Source: an uncultured Verrucomicrobiales bacterium (GTDB lineage: Bacteria; Verrucomicrobiota; Verrucomicrobiia; Verrucomicrobiales; DEV007). Taken from it: DNA of 64,000 nt. Both the position numbers and the translations under genes were made by a program. The first letter of the stretch is position 1. The number at the start of each line of letters is the position of its first letter. Shown in pieces: positions 1-11,000 of this stretch. The stretch lies in assembly GCA_938091905.1 (NCBI GenBank), contig CALKOM010000084.1, positions 15,191 to 79,190 of the forward strand, read 5' to 3'. The notes below the pieces were generated by a model. It worked only from the letters and a program-made list of their open reading frames with translations. It was not told the origin of the DNA and searched no databases.

Positions 1-71
1 AGGATTCCTTCGGCCATGTGACTGCGACATGAATTGCCAGTACAAAGAATGAGAACAATAGATTTGGACAT
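1..71 (-). CDS. arsC: arsenate reductase ArsC (LMW-PTP fold), N-terminus only; runs off window edge
   Basis: Own translation from ATG at 71: MSKSIVLILCTGNSCRSHMAEGI, with the CTGNSCRS active-site loop; lies directly downstream of an ArsR gene. Confidence 0.85.
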   Translation of the reverse strand, partial: MSKSIVLILCTGNSCRSHMAEGI

Positions 72-78
72 AGAATGG

Positions 79-531
79 TTAGGTGATCGTTAGGCAACAG
101 GCAGAGGCTAGCGTAGTTTGGCTAACGGATTTGGGGCAGGCTTGATTGTCATCCACAAGTCGCTTCAGAATGGCAGCGAGTCTTGCATTGTCCTCTTCAA
201 AAGGCAGCGTCGTCTCCTTAGATGGCAGGAGGCTTGCGAGATTGTCGGTTAAGATAGGAGGAACCGGTTCCGTCAGGCGATAGATCATCCCGTTTGCCTC
301 GCGCTCAACGGTGAGCACCCCTAGTCGCCTCATGTAGATGAGAGGCTTGGAAATCTTCACCTGATCTAGCCCAAGCACTTCCATGAAATGGCACCCGCAT
401 AGGGGCCCCGCTTCAAGCAAATTGAGGATGCGAGCTCGGCTCGCATCTCCCAGGCACTTGTAACTCCAATAATATTCTTTTTTTAGAATATTAAAAAAAG
501 AATGCAGGTTAAGCGAATCTTTATCGATCAA
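79..531 (-). CDS. ArsR/SmtB family transcriptional regulator; start uncertain, possibly degenerate
   Basis: CLGDASRARILNLL..GPLCGCHF..LGLDQVKISKPL.YMR winged-HTH pattern; precedes arsC; no ATG at the expected start position. Confidence 0.75.
   Translation of the reverse strand: MIDKDSLNLHSFFNILKKEYYWSYKCLGDASRARILNLLEAGPLCGCHFMEVLGLDQVKISKPLIYMRRLGVLTVEREANGMIYRLTEPVPPILTDNLASLLPSKETTLPFEEDNARLAAILKRLVDDNQACPKSVSQTTLASACCLTIT
474..503. promoter_or_regulatory. AT-rich 12-6-12 perfect inverted repeat, candidate ArsR operator
   Basis: attcttttttta-gaatat-taaaaaaagaat, just upstream of the conserved ArsR core. Confidence 0.5.
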
Positions 532-563
532 GACATCCGCTCCCGGGGTTTATTCGCCAGTCC

Positions 564-3455
564 ATGAAGAATCTCACAACTACCTGCTTTCTACTCCTAG
601 CCTCGCTCTTTCCTCTTTGTGCCCAGGACGCGGCGCAAACGCCCAAATGGATCTGGGCCGACAAAGACGCCAAATCCGAAACGATCTACGCGCGCCGTGC
701 CTGGACATTAAACAAGCAACCAGACCAGGCGACCCTTTCAATCACCTGTGACAATGGCTTCACGGCATTCATCAACGGAAAGAAGGTCGGCAGTGGTGAT
801 GCCTGGGAGACCCACTATAAGTTCAACATCTCCAAGCACCTGAAACCCGGCGACAATGTCATCGCCGTGCAAGCTACAAATGAAGGCAGTGTTGCTGGGC
901 TGATCGCCAGGCTCACCACGGATACGCAAACCCTCGTCACTGATGCCGAGTGGCACGTTTCCGGAGCGAAGCGCGATGGCTGGAAAGCACCCAGTGTGAA
1001 CACCGAGGACTGGCAAAAGCCAGTAATTGTCGGTAAGTTAGGAGACCGCCCCTGGGGCAACGTGTTTGGCAAGAACTCGTCTGCGGGCGTTACGGCAAGT
1101 TCAAAGAGTAAGGCGACCGTCCATCCGAAAGGTTTCCAGGTTGAGATGATCTATGACGTCCCGAAAGGCGAACAAGGCTCCTGGGTGTCCATGGCCATCG
1201 ATGAAGAAGGTCGACTCTATTGTTCAGACCAAGGAGACAAAGGCATTTATCGCGTGACGATGGCAGACCAAGGCGAGCCAAAGGTTGAGCGGCTTCCACT
1301 TGAGATCACGGGGGCGCACGGCCTACTCTGGGCCTTTGACAGTCTTTATGTGTGTGTCAACGGCGGGGGAGTCGCTGGGCGCGGGTCTGGATTGTATCGG
1401 ATTACGGATTCAAACAGTGATGGCGAGCTCGATGAAATCACTGCTCTCCGCAAGATGCAAGGTGGCGGTGAACATGGCCCTCACGCGGTGGTCCTCTCTC
1501 CCGATGGCGAGTCCCTCTTTGTCCTCGGCGGGAACCACACCAAACCACCCGCTCCAGAATCCTCCTCGGTTGTGCCGAACTACGCTGAAGATCAGCTTCT
1601 CCCGCGTAGCCCAGATGCCCGGGGTCACGCAGCAAGCATCCGCGCCCCTGGCGGCTGGATTGCCAAGACCGATCCCGATGGCGAAGCCTGGGACTTCTTC
1701 TGCTCCGGCTTCCGCAACCAGTATGACATCGCATTCAACTCGGACGGCGAGATGTTCACCTACGACTCCGACATGGAGTGGGATAGTGGCATGCCTTGGT
1801 ATCGACCCACGCGCATCTATCATTGCACTAGCGGCGCCGAATTCGGCTGGCGTACGGGCACTGGGAAGTGGCCGGCTTGGTATCCCGATGCGCTGCCTCC
1901 ATCATTAGACATTGGCCCAGGATGCCCAACAGGTGTCATGTCAGGACGCGGAGCGAAATTCCCTGCCAAATATCAGAATGCCATCTACGCTTTCGATTGG
2001 ACCTACGGAACGATCTACGCAATTCACCTGACCCCGCAAGGGTCCACCTATGCCGCCACGAAAGAAGAGTTCGTCACCGGCGTGCCTTTGAACGTTACGG
2101 ATGGCGTGATCGGTAAAGATGGAAACTTCTACTTCGCGGTGGGCGGACGTGGAACGAATTCCGCACTCTACCGTGTGAGCTACCGTGGGAACGCTCCGAC
2201 TGAGTTGGCAAACGGCAGCAACAAGCTGGGCTGGACGGAGCGCAATATTAGACATGAGTTAGAAAAGTTTCACGGTAGGGTAGATTCCAAAGCCGTCGAC
2301 GCGGCTTGGACTAGTCTTGGGCACAACGATCGCTTCATCCGTTACGCGGCACGTACCGCAATTGAACATCAGCCCGTTTCAGAATGGCGGGAGCGGGCGC
2401 TTAACGAGCCTAACCCCCAGGCAAGACTCACTGCGTTGCTGGCGTTGGCACGCCAAGGCGAGAAGAGCGATCAGCCCGCATTGTTGAATCAATTAAGCCG
2501 CTTGCCACTCGCAGACATGCCCGAGGCTCAACAACTAGAAGCCCACCGCGTGCTGTCGCTCTGCTTTATCCGCATGGGCCGACCAGCCCCCGAGCTTGCC
2601 AAAGCCTTCACAGAAGCAATCCTTCCTTACTACCCGGCTGCAACCGACGCTCTCAATCGCGAGTTTGTCGCCATGCTTGTCTATCTAAACGCACCTGAAG
2701 TGGTGGCACGAACCGTGCCTCTGCTAGATCAAGATGCCGTCAGCCTCGAAGAGATCGAGTTTGATGATGCCCTTCTAAATAGATCCAGAGGCTACGGCGG
2801 CACCTTTCTAAAACAGAAAGAGAGCAATCCACAACGACAGCAGATTCACTACGTCTATGCCTTAAAGAACGCGACCGAAGGATGGACACCTAAGCTGAGG
2901 AAGGACTACTTCACGTGGTTCGCCAAAGCACGGAATTTCAAGGGTGGCGCCAGCTTCGAAGGCTTTATTGAGAATTTCCGCAAAGAATCCCTAGAAAAGA
3001 TCTCTGACCCAGTCGAACGCGCTGCCATGGATGCCTTGAGCAAAGCAGAAGTCCGCCTCGTTCCTGAAGGCTTTGAACAAGCACGCAAAGAAACGATCGG
3101 CATGCTCGCGAACATGAAGTATAACAAAGACACCTTAATAGCTAAAGCAGGCAGCAAACTCGCTCTCGCGGTTATCAACGATGATCCCATGAAGCTAATG
3201 CATAACTTGGCTTTGTTAGCACCTGATAGCTTAGAGAAGGTTCTCAAAGCTTCGATCGATATCGGCCCCGAGGCCATCGAACAGGACTTCATTCCCACGA
3301 TCCCCGAAGTGCTTGCATCGACGCCGCAGATCGCACCCGGACGTCAGTATGTGCTGTATATTGACGTGCCAAAGACGCCTGGTGAGTATCCCTACGTTTG
3401 CACCTATCCAGGACACGGCCAGCTCATGCGCGGCGTCCTGACCGTCACGCCTTAG
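564..3455 (+). CDS. exported PVC-type dehydrogenase-like protein (beta-sandwich + beta-propeller + HEAT-like repeats + C-terminal cupredoxin)
   Basis: Signal peptide; GFRNQYDIAF..DGEMFTYDSDMEWD propeller motif; C-terminal HNL...CTYPGHGQLM type-1 copper ligands. Confidence 0.75.
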   Translation: MKNLTTTCFLLLASLFPLCAQDAAQTPKWIWADKDAKSETIYARRAWTLNKQPDQATLSITCDNGFTAFINGKKVGSGDAWETHYKFNISKHLKPGDNVIAVQATNEGSVAGLIARLTTDTQTLVTDAEWHVSGAKRDGWKAPSVNTEDWQKPVIVGKLGDRPWGNVFGKNSSAGVTASSKSKATVHPKGFQVEMIYDVPKGEQGSWVSMAIDEEGRLYCSDQGDKGIYRVTMADQGEPKVERLPLEITGAHGLLWAFDSLYVCVNGGGVAGRGSGLYRITDSNSDGELDEITALRKMQGGGEHGPHAVVLSPDGESLFVLGGNHTKPPAPESSSVVPNYAEDQLLPRSPDARGHAASIRAPGGWIAKTDPDGEAWDFFCSGFRNQYDIAFNSDGEMFTYDSDMEWDSGMPWYRPTRIYHCTSGAEFGWRTGTGKWPAWYPDALPPSLDIGPGCPTGVMSGRGAKFPAKYQNAIYAFDWTYGTIYAIHLTPQGSTYAATKEEFVTGVPLNVTDGVIGKDGNFYFAVGGRGTNSALYRVSYRGNAPTELANGSNKLGWTERNIRHELEKFHGRVDSKAVDAAWTSLGHNDRFIRYAARTAIEHQPVSEWRERALNEPNPQARLTALLALARQGEKSDQPALLNQLSRLPLADMPEAQQLEAHRVLSLCFIRMGRPAPELAKAFTEAILPYYPAATDALNREFVAMLVYLNAPEVVARTVPLLDQDAVSLEEIEFDDALLNRSRGYGGTFLKQKESNPQRQQIHYVYALKNATEGWTPKLRKDYFTWFAKARNFKGGASFEGFIENFRKESLEKISDPVERAAMDALSKAEVRLVPEGFEQARKETIGMLANMKYNKDTLIAKAGSKLALAVINDDPMKLMHNLALLAPDSLEKVLKASIDIGPEAIEQDFIPTIPEVLASTPQIAPGRQYVLYIDVPKTPGEYPYVCTYPGHGQLMRGVLTVTP

Positions 3456-5290
3456 TCTGTAGCGGCAGTCTCGACAGGAGGCACCAGGGCCAAGATCTTC
3501 TGGCCTTCATTCCACTCACACGGGCGGTTCGGAGTGATGAAGTGAAGGCTCTCTCCATCCGCCTCGATCATGAACATCACGACCGCTTCCTCACCGTAGA
3601 GTTTCCGAAACTCCGATTCATTGAACTGATCGGACACGCGTGTCTTCTTGAAGACAAACCCGCGTTCATGAAGAGTTTCCAGGTAGGCAAAGCTGGGCCT
3701 GCCTTCAAAAGGATACCGCGCTTGGAAATCTTGGCTCATGTGATCGCGCTCTAACTTATCAGGCTTATCTTCAGTCGAGAGTTGAAAGATGTTTCGGCGA
3801 CCAAAGCGATGCGAAAACTCGTGGGCAGCTAGACTATTGCTCTCGTCATTTGGTGTCACCGCTAGCAATCTTCCGATCCCAGCGAGATTGAGCTCCTCGA
3901 CGACCGACTCGGACACGATATTGCCGCGGGTGGCGTTCAGCCCAGCGAGCCTCGCCTGCTTGACGTTCTCTTGGTTCGTATCGACCAAGAGGACGCTGAC
4001 ACCTTCTTCATGCAACGTCTTCGCGAGTTGTCTCACCCACGAACTCGCCCCGGCAAAAAGAATGCCTACGCGATTCCGGCTCGCTAACTTGAGACGCCGA
4101 GCGATCGGTTTAGCGAAGAGACCGTAAATTGCCACCGTTCCCACAATAACAGTGAAAACGACAGGCACTAACTGATTCGCCTGCTGAACAAACACCGCGG
4201 CACTTGGATCTGCTTCATCTGCGGTCTTTAGCAGTTTGAGAGCAAACACCGTGGTCACCGCAGCGGCGACAATTCCTCGAGGTGCCAGCGCGCTCAGAAG
4301 AATCTTCTCGTTCGTCGGCAGGCGCGTCTTCCACATCGAAAGGAACACGCAAACCGGCCGCACCAGAAGAATGAGCCCGAGCGTGAAGACGGGCGCTCGC
4401 CAGCCAAGCTCAGAGATCTGCGCCCAACTCACGCGCCCACTGAGCACGATGAACAGCGTCGAAATCAAGAGCACTCGAAGATTCTCTTTGAACTCGATGA
4501 TGTGCCGGACACGTGCCCGGTCTTGATTCGCCAAATAGACACCAAAGATCGTTACAGTCAGCAAGCCCGCCTCATGCTGGAGGGCATCAGACGCCGTGAA
4601 CAGAACAGCCACGACTACTAACAGGAATACACTGTGCAGATAATCTGGAATCGCATAGCGCTCTAACAGTCGCGTCACCACCAAGCCAGCGACATAGCCA
4701 AAAATCACACCGACTGCGATCGTCTTTCCCAAAGTTAGTGCCACATCAACAGCAGCCACTTTCAGACTCACCGCGCTGACCACTTCAAAAACTAACAGAG
4801 CAAACGTCGCTCCGATCGGATCAATGACAATCCCCTCCCACTTCACAACCGAAGCCACCCGAGGAGACGGCTGAATAACTCGCAGGAGCGGTGCGATTAC
4901 GGTTGGGCCAGTCACGACAAGAATCGCCCCCAAAAGACTCGCAATCCCCCATTCAAAGCCAAGGATGAAACGCGCAATCAGGGTCGTGAGTATCCAGGAA
5001 ATCACCACTCCCCAAGTACAGAGCCGAAGCACTGGTGTGCCCGCTTCCTTGAGCTCCTTCAATTTCAAACTTAGCCCCCCCTCAAAGAGAATGATGGCTA
5101 CCGAGAGCGACACGATCGGAAAGAGCAATGACTCCGGAATAATCTGGTCAGGCCGCATCCACAGCTCACCAGCGGCAAAGCCAAAAGCGAGGAGGAAAAG
5201 AATCGAGGGCAACCCCAACCGCCACGCTAGCAACTGCGCCGTAATACCGAGAGCAAGAACCGCAGTCAGGTAGGAAAGCGTCTGATCCAT
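3452..5290 (-). CDS. CPA1 family cation:proton antiporter with C-terminal TrkA-N-like domain
   Basis: Many TM helices; ILFEGGLSL, VTGPTVI, WEGIVIDP and APRGIVAAA motifs. Confidence 0.9.
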   Translation of the reverse strand: MDQTLSYLTAVLALGITAQLLAWRLGLPSILFLLAFGFAAGELWMRPDQIIPESLLFPIVSLSVAIILFEGGLSLKLKELKEAGTPVLRLCTWGVVISWILTTLIARFILGFEWGIASLLGAILVVTGPTVIAPLLRVIQPSPRVASVVKWEGIVIDPIGATFALLVFEVVSAVSLKVAAVDVALTLGKTIAVGVIFGYVAGLVVTRLLERYAIPDYLHSVFLLVVVAVLFTASDALQHEAGLLTVTIFGVYLANQDRARVRHIIEFKENLRVLLISTLFIVLSGRVSWAQISELGWRAPVFTLGLILLVRPVCVFLSMWKTRLPTNEKILLSALAPRGIVAAAVTTVFALKLLKTADEADPSAAVFVQQANQLVPVVFTVIVGTVAIYGLFAKPIARRLKLASRNRVGILFAGASSWVRQLAKTLHEEGVSVLLVDTNQENVKQARLAGLNATRGNIVSESVVEELNLAGIGRLLAVTPNDESNSLAAHEFSHRFGRRNIFQLSTEDKPDKLERDHMSQDFQARYPFEGRPSFAYLETLHERGFVFKKTRVSDQFNESEFRKLYGEEAVVMFMIEADGESLHFITPNRPCEWNEGQKILALVPPVETAATD

Positions 5291-5396
5291 AGAAGAGCAA
5301 ACCCATCGAAGAATGGGAGCGCGTCAAGAGATAGTCCCCAGCCTACCACCAAGAAGAGTGGCGATTGCGGAACTTACACCCTAGCGCTATTGGTAG

Positions 5397-6914
5397 GTGA
5401 TGACGAATGGGTTTCATCAGCTCCTCTGTATGCTCGGCATCATCAGTTTCCTGGTGGGCTTCAGCATGCGGCGCCAGGTGGAACGACCGCCCGCGCCCGA
5501 AATCGTTGATTATGATCCCCGCGTCCCTCCCGAGTTGCGAAAAGCAAATGCCAAAGAGTTCGCCGAAGCGTACCGACACCACACTGATCCTGACACCTTC
5601 GAAATCACACATCTTGCCTCCAAAGAGCACGCACTCTGGCAATGGATCGAACTCGATGGCGAGAGCGCTCTTTCCCATGCTACAGAATGTCACAATGGCG
5701 CTCGCTGGCATCTAACAGACTCTCCGAACTCGATACTCCAAAGGTGGGCATGGCGAGCACCAAAGACGGCCATGCGGGCCGCCCTTCAGATCGAAGATCG
5801 CCAGGAACGCACACAGACTCTTGGTGCTATCTTGGATCGCCTCGCCCAGCTTGGAGACCTCGATGCCGCCATCGCCACAGCTTCGCAAGTCGACGAACTG
5901 AACAAGACCGGACGTCAGTTTCTTGAAGCATGGGCCTTGCAGGATTCCGAAGCTGCGGGCAACTGGTTTGGTCAACTACGCCACCCGGAAAGTGGCGTCG
6001 GCATCGGCTGGTCGCACCAACTACCCACGGGCATGGTTCTCCACGCGTTCGCAACGCTGGAGGATCACTGGGGGCGCCAAGCCGCAGAAGATCGCGATGT
6101 CATCAGCGTGCTTACTCAAATCCTCGAAGGAGAAGCTCGTGAATCTCCCAAAGTGGCGCTGCAATGGCTAAGTAAGCTCTCCCCTGCTCTTCTCGATCAA
6201 GGTGTGATCAATGGTGTCATCCGAGGCTGGGCATCACACTCGCCAGAGAAAGCACTATCATTCATCGAAAACTTGCCGAACAATTTCAGCTTCCTAGAAA
6301 CAAAATTGGTCGATCTCTCATATGTCGGGAAAATCGAACTGGCCCGCGCCTGGTCTCAAGCAGATCCGAAGAATGCCGCGCGCTGGATTCTTGCATTAAG
6401 CCCAGAGACACAGAAGCCCTTGCTAGATGTCGCCGCAAAACACTTCGTTAATCACGATCTCGCATGGGCGAATCAGATTTTGCAGACAGACGAAGAAGAA
6501 CATCCTGTTGTCGTGGGAGAATGGGTCAACCAGCTTGCCAAAGAAATGCCCGAAACGGCTGCCGCACGTTTGCTAGATCACCTCGAAGACCCCGCCTACG
6601 TGGGCTCCTTCGCGGAGCTCGCTCAAACCTGGCACGGGATCGATAGCGAACGCTGTGCTCGCTTTGTCACCAACCTGAATCCAGGACCAAACCGAGATGC
6701 CGCAGCTAGCGGCATTATTAAGAAGCTTCTCGAGTCTCCAGAGACGGATAATCTTGAGTCTGCACGCAGTTGGCTCGCGACCCTCCAGCCTGGTGCGACC
6801 CGAACAGTGCTGGTCACGAATCTCGTAGAAGTATGGACAAAGATCGACCCTAAGGCTGCTCAAGAAGCTCAAACGAGCCTCAAAGAAACGAACCCAGAGA
6901 GGCCACAGCCGTGA
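5397..6914 (+). CDS. membrane-anchored helical-repeat hypothetical protein (Verrucomicrobia type)
   Basis: N-terminal hydrophobic segment; recurring W-x(2-3)-DP-x-x-A-x-x-W-like units. Confidence 0.7.
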   Translation: MMTNGFHQLLCMLGIISFLVGFSMRRQVERPPAPEIVDYDPRVPPELRKANAKEFAEAYRHHTDPDTFEITHLASKEHALWQWIELDGESALSHATECHNGARWHLTDSPNSILQRWAWRAPKTAMRAALQIEDRQERTQTLGAILDRLAQLGDLDAAIATASQVDELNKTGRQFLEAWALQDSEAAGNWFGQLRHPESGVGIGWSHQLPTGMVLHAFATLEDHWGRQAAEDRDVISVLTQILEGEARESPKVALQWLSKLSPALLDQGVINGVIRGWASHSPEKALSFIENLPNNFSFLETKLVDLSYVGKIELARAWSQADPKNAARWILALSPETQKPLLDVAAKHFVNHDLAWANQILQTDEEEHPVVVGEWVNQLAKEMPETAAARLLDHLEDPAYVGSFAELAQTWHGIDSERCARFVTNLNPGPNRDAAASGIIKKLLESPETDNLESARSWLATLQPGATRTVLVTNLVEVWTKIDPKAAQEAQTSLKETNPERPQP

Positions 6915-7954
6915 AACGCGTCTCAGAAATTGCCCTCGTGGCTTTGACTTTCAGCACCCTCGGTTGGTTCTTTGGCGAACCCATCCGACAAGTCGCCAAC
7001 AACCTTCTGCCTTCATCGCTCGGAGGGACTTCGCTGCTTCCTCAAAATCGCTTACCGTCAGCCCGGTATTGGAAAGAAGAGCTCAGCGCAGTCATTACCA
7101 ACTGGCAAACCGCTAAATCCATCGAAGGGTTTCGACAAGACTACGAAATCTATCAAACCTACCAGCCTCCCGTGCGCTCATACGCCCAAGCCCGACTGAT
7201 CGCGGACTGGCACGAGTTTAACGACACCGATCTCTTGAACTTCGGCCTCGTATGTGACGATCCCACTTTCGTCGACAAGATCTTGCAGCTACGCTTTCAG
7301 ATAGATCCAGAAAACACCCTGTCATTAGTATCTGCGCTCGCCCGCGATGACTCAGAGCGCCTGCACTTTCTGAAAGCCTGGCTCGTTCAAGCAAGCGATG
7401 GTGACCGGAAGCGCATGCGCAACCTGATCGTTGAGCACCGCCTCGCGTCCTCAAATGACGATCCCTTACTGGCCTTCGCCGATTCGGCTGAGCAGCTACC
7501 ACCGGCTCCGCCCAAGGACACAGCGACAGAGCCCACGACCTCGGGTGAAGACGTCCGTAAACATTGGGTATCCCACAAAAAAATCTCACTGCTAGAGGCT
7601 TCATTTAGATCCTGGATGAAGCAAGCCCCTGAAGAGGCTCGGAACTGGACCGCCAGTCAGGAAGATCCCGCTCTGCTCGACCTTTGGAGACTCTGTCAGG
7701 TTGAACATCTTATAAAAGCACCAGGCAGCACTCCTCGATCCGCCTACAAACTCAGTTTGGAAATCGCTGAGACCTCTCTTCAGAAACGCGCCGTAGAGCT
7801 TTCTCTTGGTCACTGGCTTCTAGTCGACCCCCAAGGAGCCATTGCTTCCATCACTGAGGCTCCACTTGAAGAAGCTGAACGAGAACAGCTCACCCAATGG
7901 GCAAACTCAAAGAGTCGCCTGCTTGATGTGATCTCGGCTGCGGCCTCCAATTAG
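6911..7954 (+). CDS. membrane-anchored helical-repeat hypothetical protein
   Basis: 4-bp overlap with the upstream gene; WMKQAPEEARNW and WLLVDPQGAIA units. Confidence 0.65.
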   Translation: MKRVSEIALVALTFSTLGWFFGEPIRQVANNLLPSSLGGTSLLPQNRLPSARYWKEELSAVITNWQTAKSIEGFRQDYEIYQTYQPPVRSYAQARLIADWHEFNDTDLLNFGLVCDDPTFVDKILQLRFQIDPENTLSLVSALARDDSERLHFLKAWLVQASDGDRKRMRNLIVEHRLASSNDDPLLAFADSAEQLPPAPPKDTATEPTTSGEDVRKHWVSHKKISLLEASFRSWMKQAPEEARNWTASQEDPALLDLWRLCQVEHLIKAPGSTPRSAYKLSLEIAETSLQKRAVELSLGHWLLVDPQGAIASITEAPLEEAEREQLTQWANSKSRLLDVISAAASN

Positions 7955-8028
7955 CACTAACTCGTAGCGTTTGCTTCAGCGAGAGCCCCCTTTGATCCGC
8001 TTCTAACAATACGCCGGCTACAACACCC

Positions 8029-11000
8029 TTAACGCTGACGCGCCTGGCGCATGACCGCTTCCACGTCTTGCTTCAGCTTAGCCTGATCTGCCTTTGAGAG
8101 ATTCGGCAGGATCTTAGGCAACAATGCGCCTACAGCTTGATTGCCCGGCGCCGCTCGCCACAGCTGCATGCCCTCGGTCCGTGCCAGTTGCCATTCCTTC
8201 AAACTAATGCGCACTTTCAGGAGATCGATTCTGATTGCTAGGTCACGAGGATTCAGGCGTACACTTTGGAGGAGAAGATCACGAGCTTCAGTAAGTTTAT
8301 TCTGTTTCACTCGAGCAACCCCCAGCGCTTGAAGAGCCCGACTATCATTCGGCGCAAGCTTCGCTGCTCGCTCAAAATAGGGCACCGCTTCAGTAATCTT
8401 GCCAGCTCTGCCATAGTGCGATCCAAGCCCAGAGAGTGCCGACAGGTAATTTGGATCAAAGACCAATGCCCGTTGATACGCATCCACCACGCCTACCTCA
8501 TCGTTCTGCAAGCGGCTAAAGTCGACAAGATGCTCACACCACAGCGTTAGGCGAGACGTCGGCACACTACGTCGCTTGGGCGGAAGATTCGTCTCTCGAT
8601 CAAGCTGATCACGCAGGTAACGCTGCCCATACGCCAAGTAGCCCTCCCTCTTCCAGGCGATGAGTGCATTGATGAGATCCGAAGGAGGCAAGTCTCGGAT
8701 CCATTGCCCTTGGAACGGCAGATCTTCTTGTCGCACACGCTCTGGTGATTTCGCAAGCGCAGGGACGTCCGTGATAATTTGAGTGGTGGTGATTGCACCT
8801 CGGTAAATGAAAGCTAAACGATCCTGCGCGTCGGCTAGGAAACTAGATGGAAGCGGCAACGGCCGTCGCATGCTCAAGAACGACCGATGAAACACATCGA
8901 GCGCTCCAGCTTGGGTGGCATCGATCACACGTGCACCGAATGGAGCCTTCACCTTCTTGAGAAGCTTGCTCATCGCTTTGGACTCTTCTTTGGCCGTGAC
9001 GCCTTCAGCAGGCACGGCTAGCACTTCGACTTCGATTCCCTGTTTGCGAAGCGTGCTAGCAGCCTTGGCCAGTTCCGCCAACTCCACGGCACAAGGCTGG
9101 CACCACGAAGCAGCAAATAGGTAAAGCTTACCTCGCTTCGTGGCAGCCGACTTGGGTTGCTTTTGAATGATTGCACCCGTCACCTTCGGCATGAGAACCC
9201 GCGCAACCAATGCCGTGCGGGAAGCTCCGCTCCAAGGCTCCACTGTCACGTCGCTGCTGGCGAGGGCTGGTTGAGAAACGGGCGTAGCCTCAGTCGGTTT
9301 CCCTGCTCCCTGACGCACATGCCAACGCTTGTTGGCCGTGAGTTTCGCGAAGTTCTCGGTCTTGCCATCGGGCCAATGAACCGTCAGGACCATGGATCCC
9401 GCCGTTTCGGCACCAAGACCAAAGTGGATCCACGCACTGTTCTGAGTGAGAAAACCTTCGCCACATCGACGGGTTTGATAGAGTCTGCGTCCCGATGGCA
9501 AAGTCAGTTCGAGTCGAGCACCGATAGCATCGCGATTGCAGGTCATGCCCTCAAGACGAACTTGTAGGGAACTCGCGCCTGCCTTTGGGAGATCATTGCG
9601 GAGTAGACGCAAGCGAGGGGCAGTCCGGTTCGTTAGCCACACATCGAGGTCACCGTCTTGATCCCAGTCAACCATGGCAACGCCACGCGTATCATCATTG
9701 ACTCCGAAGCCGCTCAGGAAACTCGCGTTGGCAAATTTGCCAGGCATGCCATCACGGCGATTGCCGACATTGAGGAAGAGACTGTTGCGCTCACGCCCTG
9801 ACAGCGACTTCCCGCTAAAGAGCAGTTCTGACATGGCGGCATAAGCCAGTTTATAGGCCATGACGCCATCTGTGGCACCACCCATCTGATCCGGTGATTG
9901 CGACACCACGCGCCGCCACATGAAACTTCACAAATCGTCTTCTTCAGGGCCCGTAATGAACCCGTTCCCCACGAGGGAGTCAAGCCTCCCATCGTTGTTG
10001 ATATCCGCCATCTGATGCCCCCAAGCCCAGCGGCCTAACGTGATCCCCGTGGCTACACTTTCATCGCTGAACGTCCCATTACCACGGTTGATCAGAAGGG
10101 TATTGCCTCGCGCAAACCGTTGATGACTCGCGATCGTTTCCGACTGACGGCCTTGCTTATACTGAGGTTGAAAGGCAATCCGGTTTCCGGCACCTGAAAA
10201 CATGTTGCTCACTTGGAGATCCATCAAGCCATCGCCGTTCACGTCGCCCCAAGTGGACGCCATGCCAGGCGACCGGTCCTCGACCCCAGCTTGGCCCGCA
10301 ATGTCCGTGAACGTTCCTTGGTAATTTTGATAGAAGTTGTTTGTTCCGAAATCATTCGCTACGTAGAGATCCATCCAACCGTCTTTGTTCACGTCCTCCC
10401 AAGAGGCCGCAAAGGAGAAGCGGTTGTTATTTTTACCCAGGCCAGCCGTCACTGTCACGTTGGCAAATTTCCAATTACCGCCATTTCGAATGAGCGCATT
10501 GGCGGCGCCATTGTTAGCATCGTCCCAAGGTAGTGGCACGCCATCCTCACCAAAGGTAGAGAAATCCCGCCCGTAACTGCAGGCATACACATCGACAAAG
10601 CCGTCGCGATCATAATCAGCAGCGGCCAAGCCATGCACACGAGCAGCCGCAGTTACAGAGCCCCCCTTTTTAAAGGTCGCTTTGCCGTTATTCTTCATGA
10701 AGAGCAATTGATCTTCTAACGCAAGCACCAAATCCTGATCCCCATCATTGTCCAGGTCGGCAAACAAGGCAGCACGGCTGCGATCCAGGATGTTAAGGCC
10801 CGACTTTTCTGTAACATCTACAAGCGTTCCATCCGCCTGATGAAGCAGGAGACGCTTGGGCAATCCTCCAGAATCTGTGTAAAGGAGATCTTCCAAGCCA
10901 TCGCCGTTCACATCGCCAAGCGCCATCCCATTGATGCCGCCCGGCTCAATGGAGAGAGACGTTTCCAACCGCAAACGCCAGTGATCAATGCTATAGCGCA

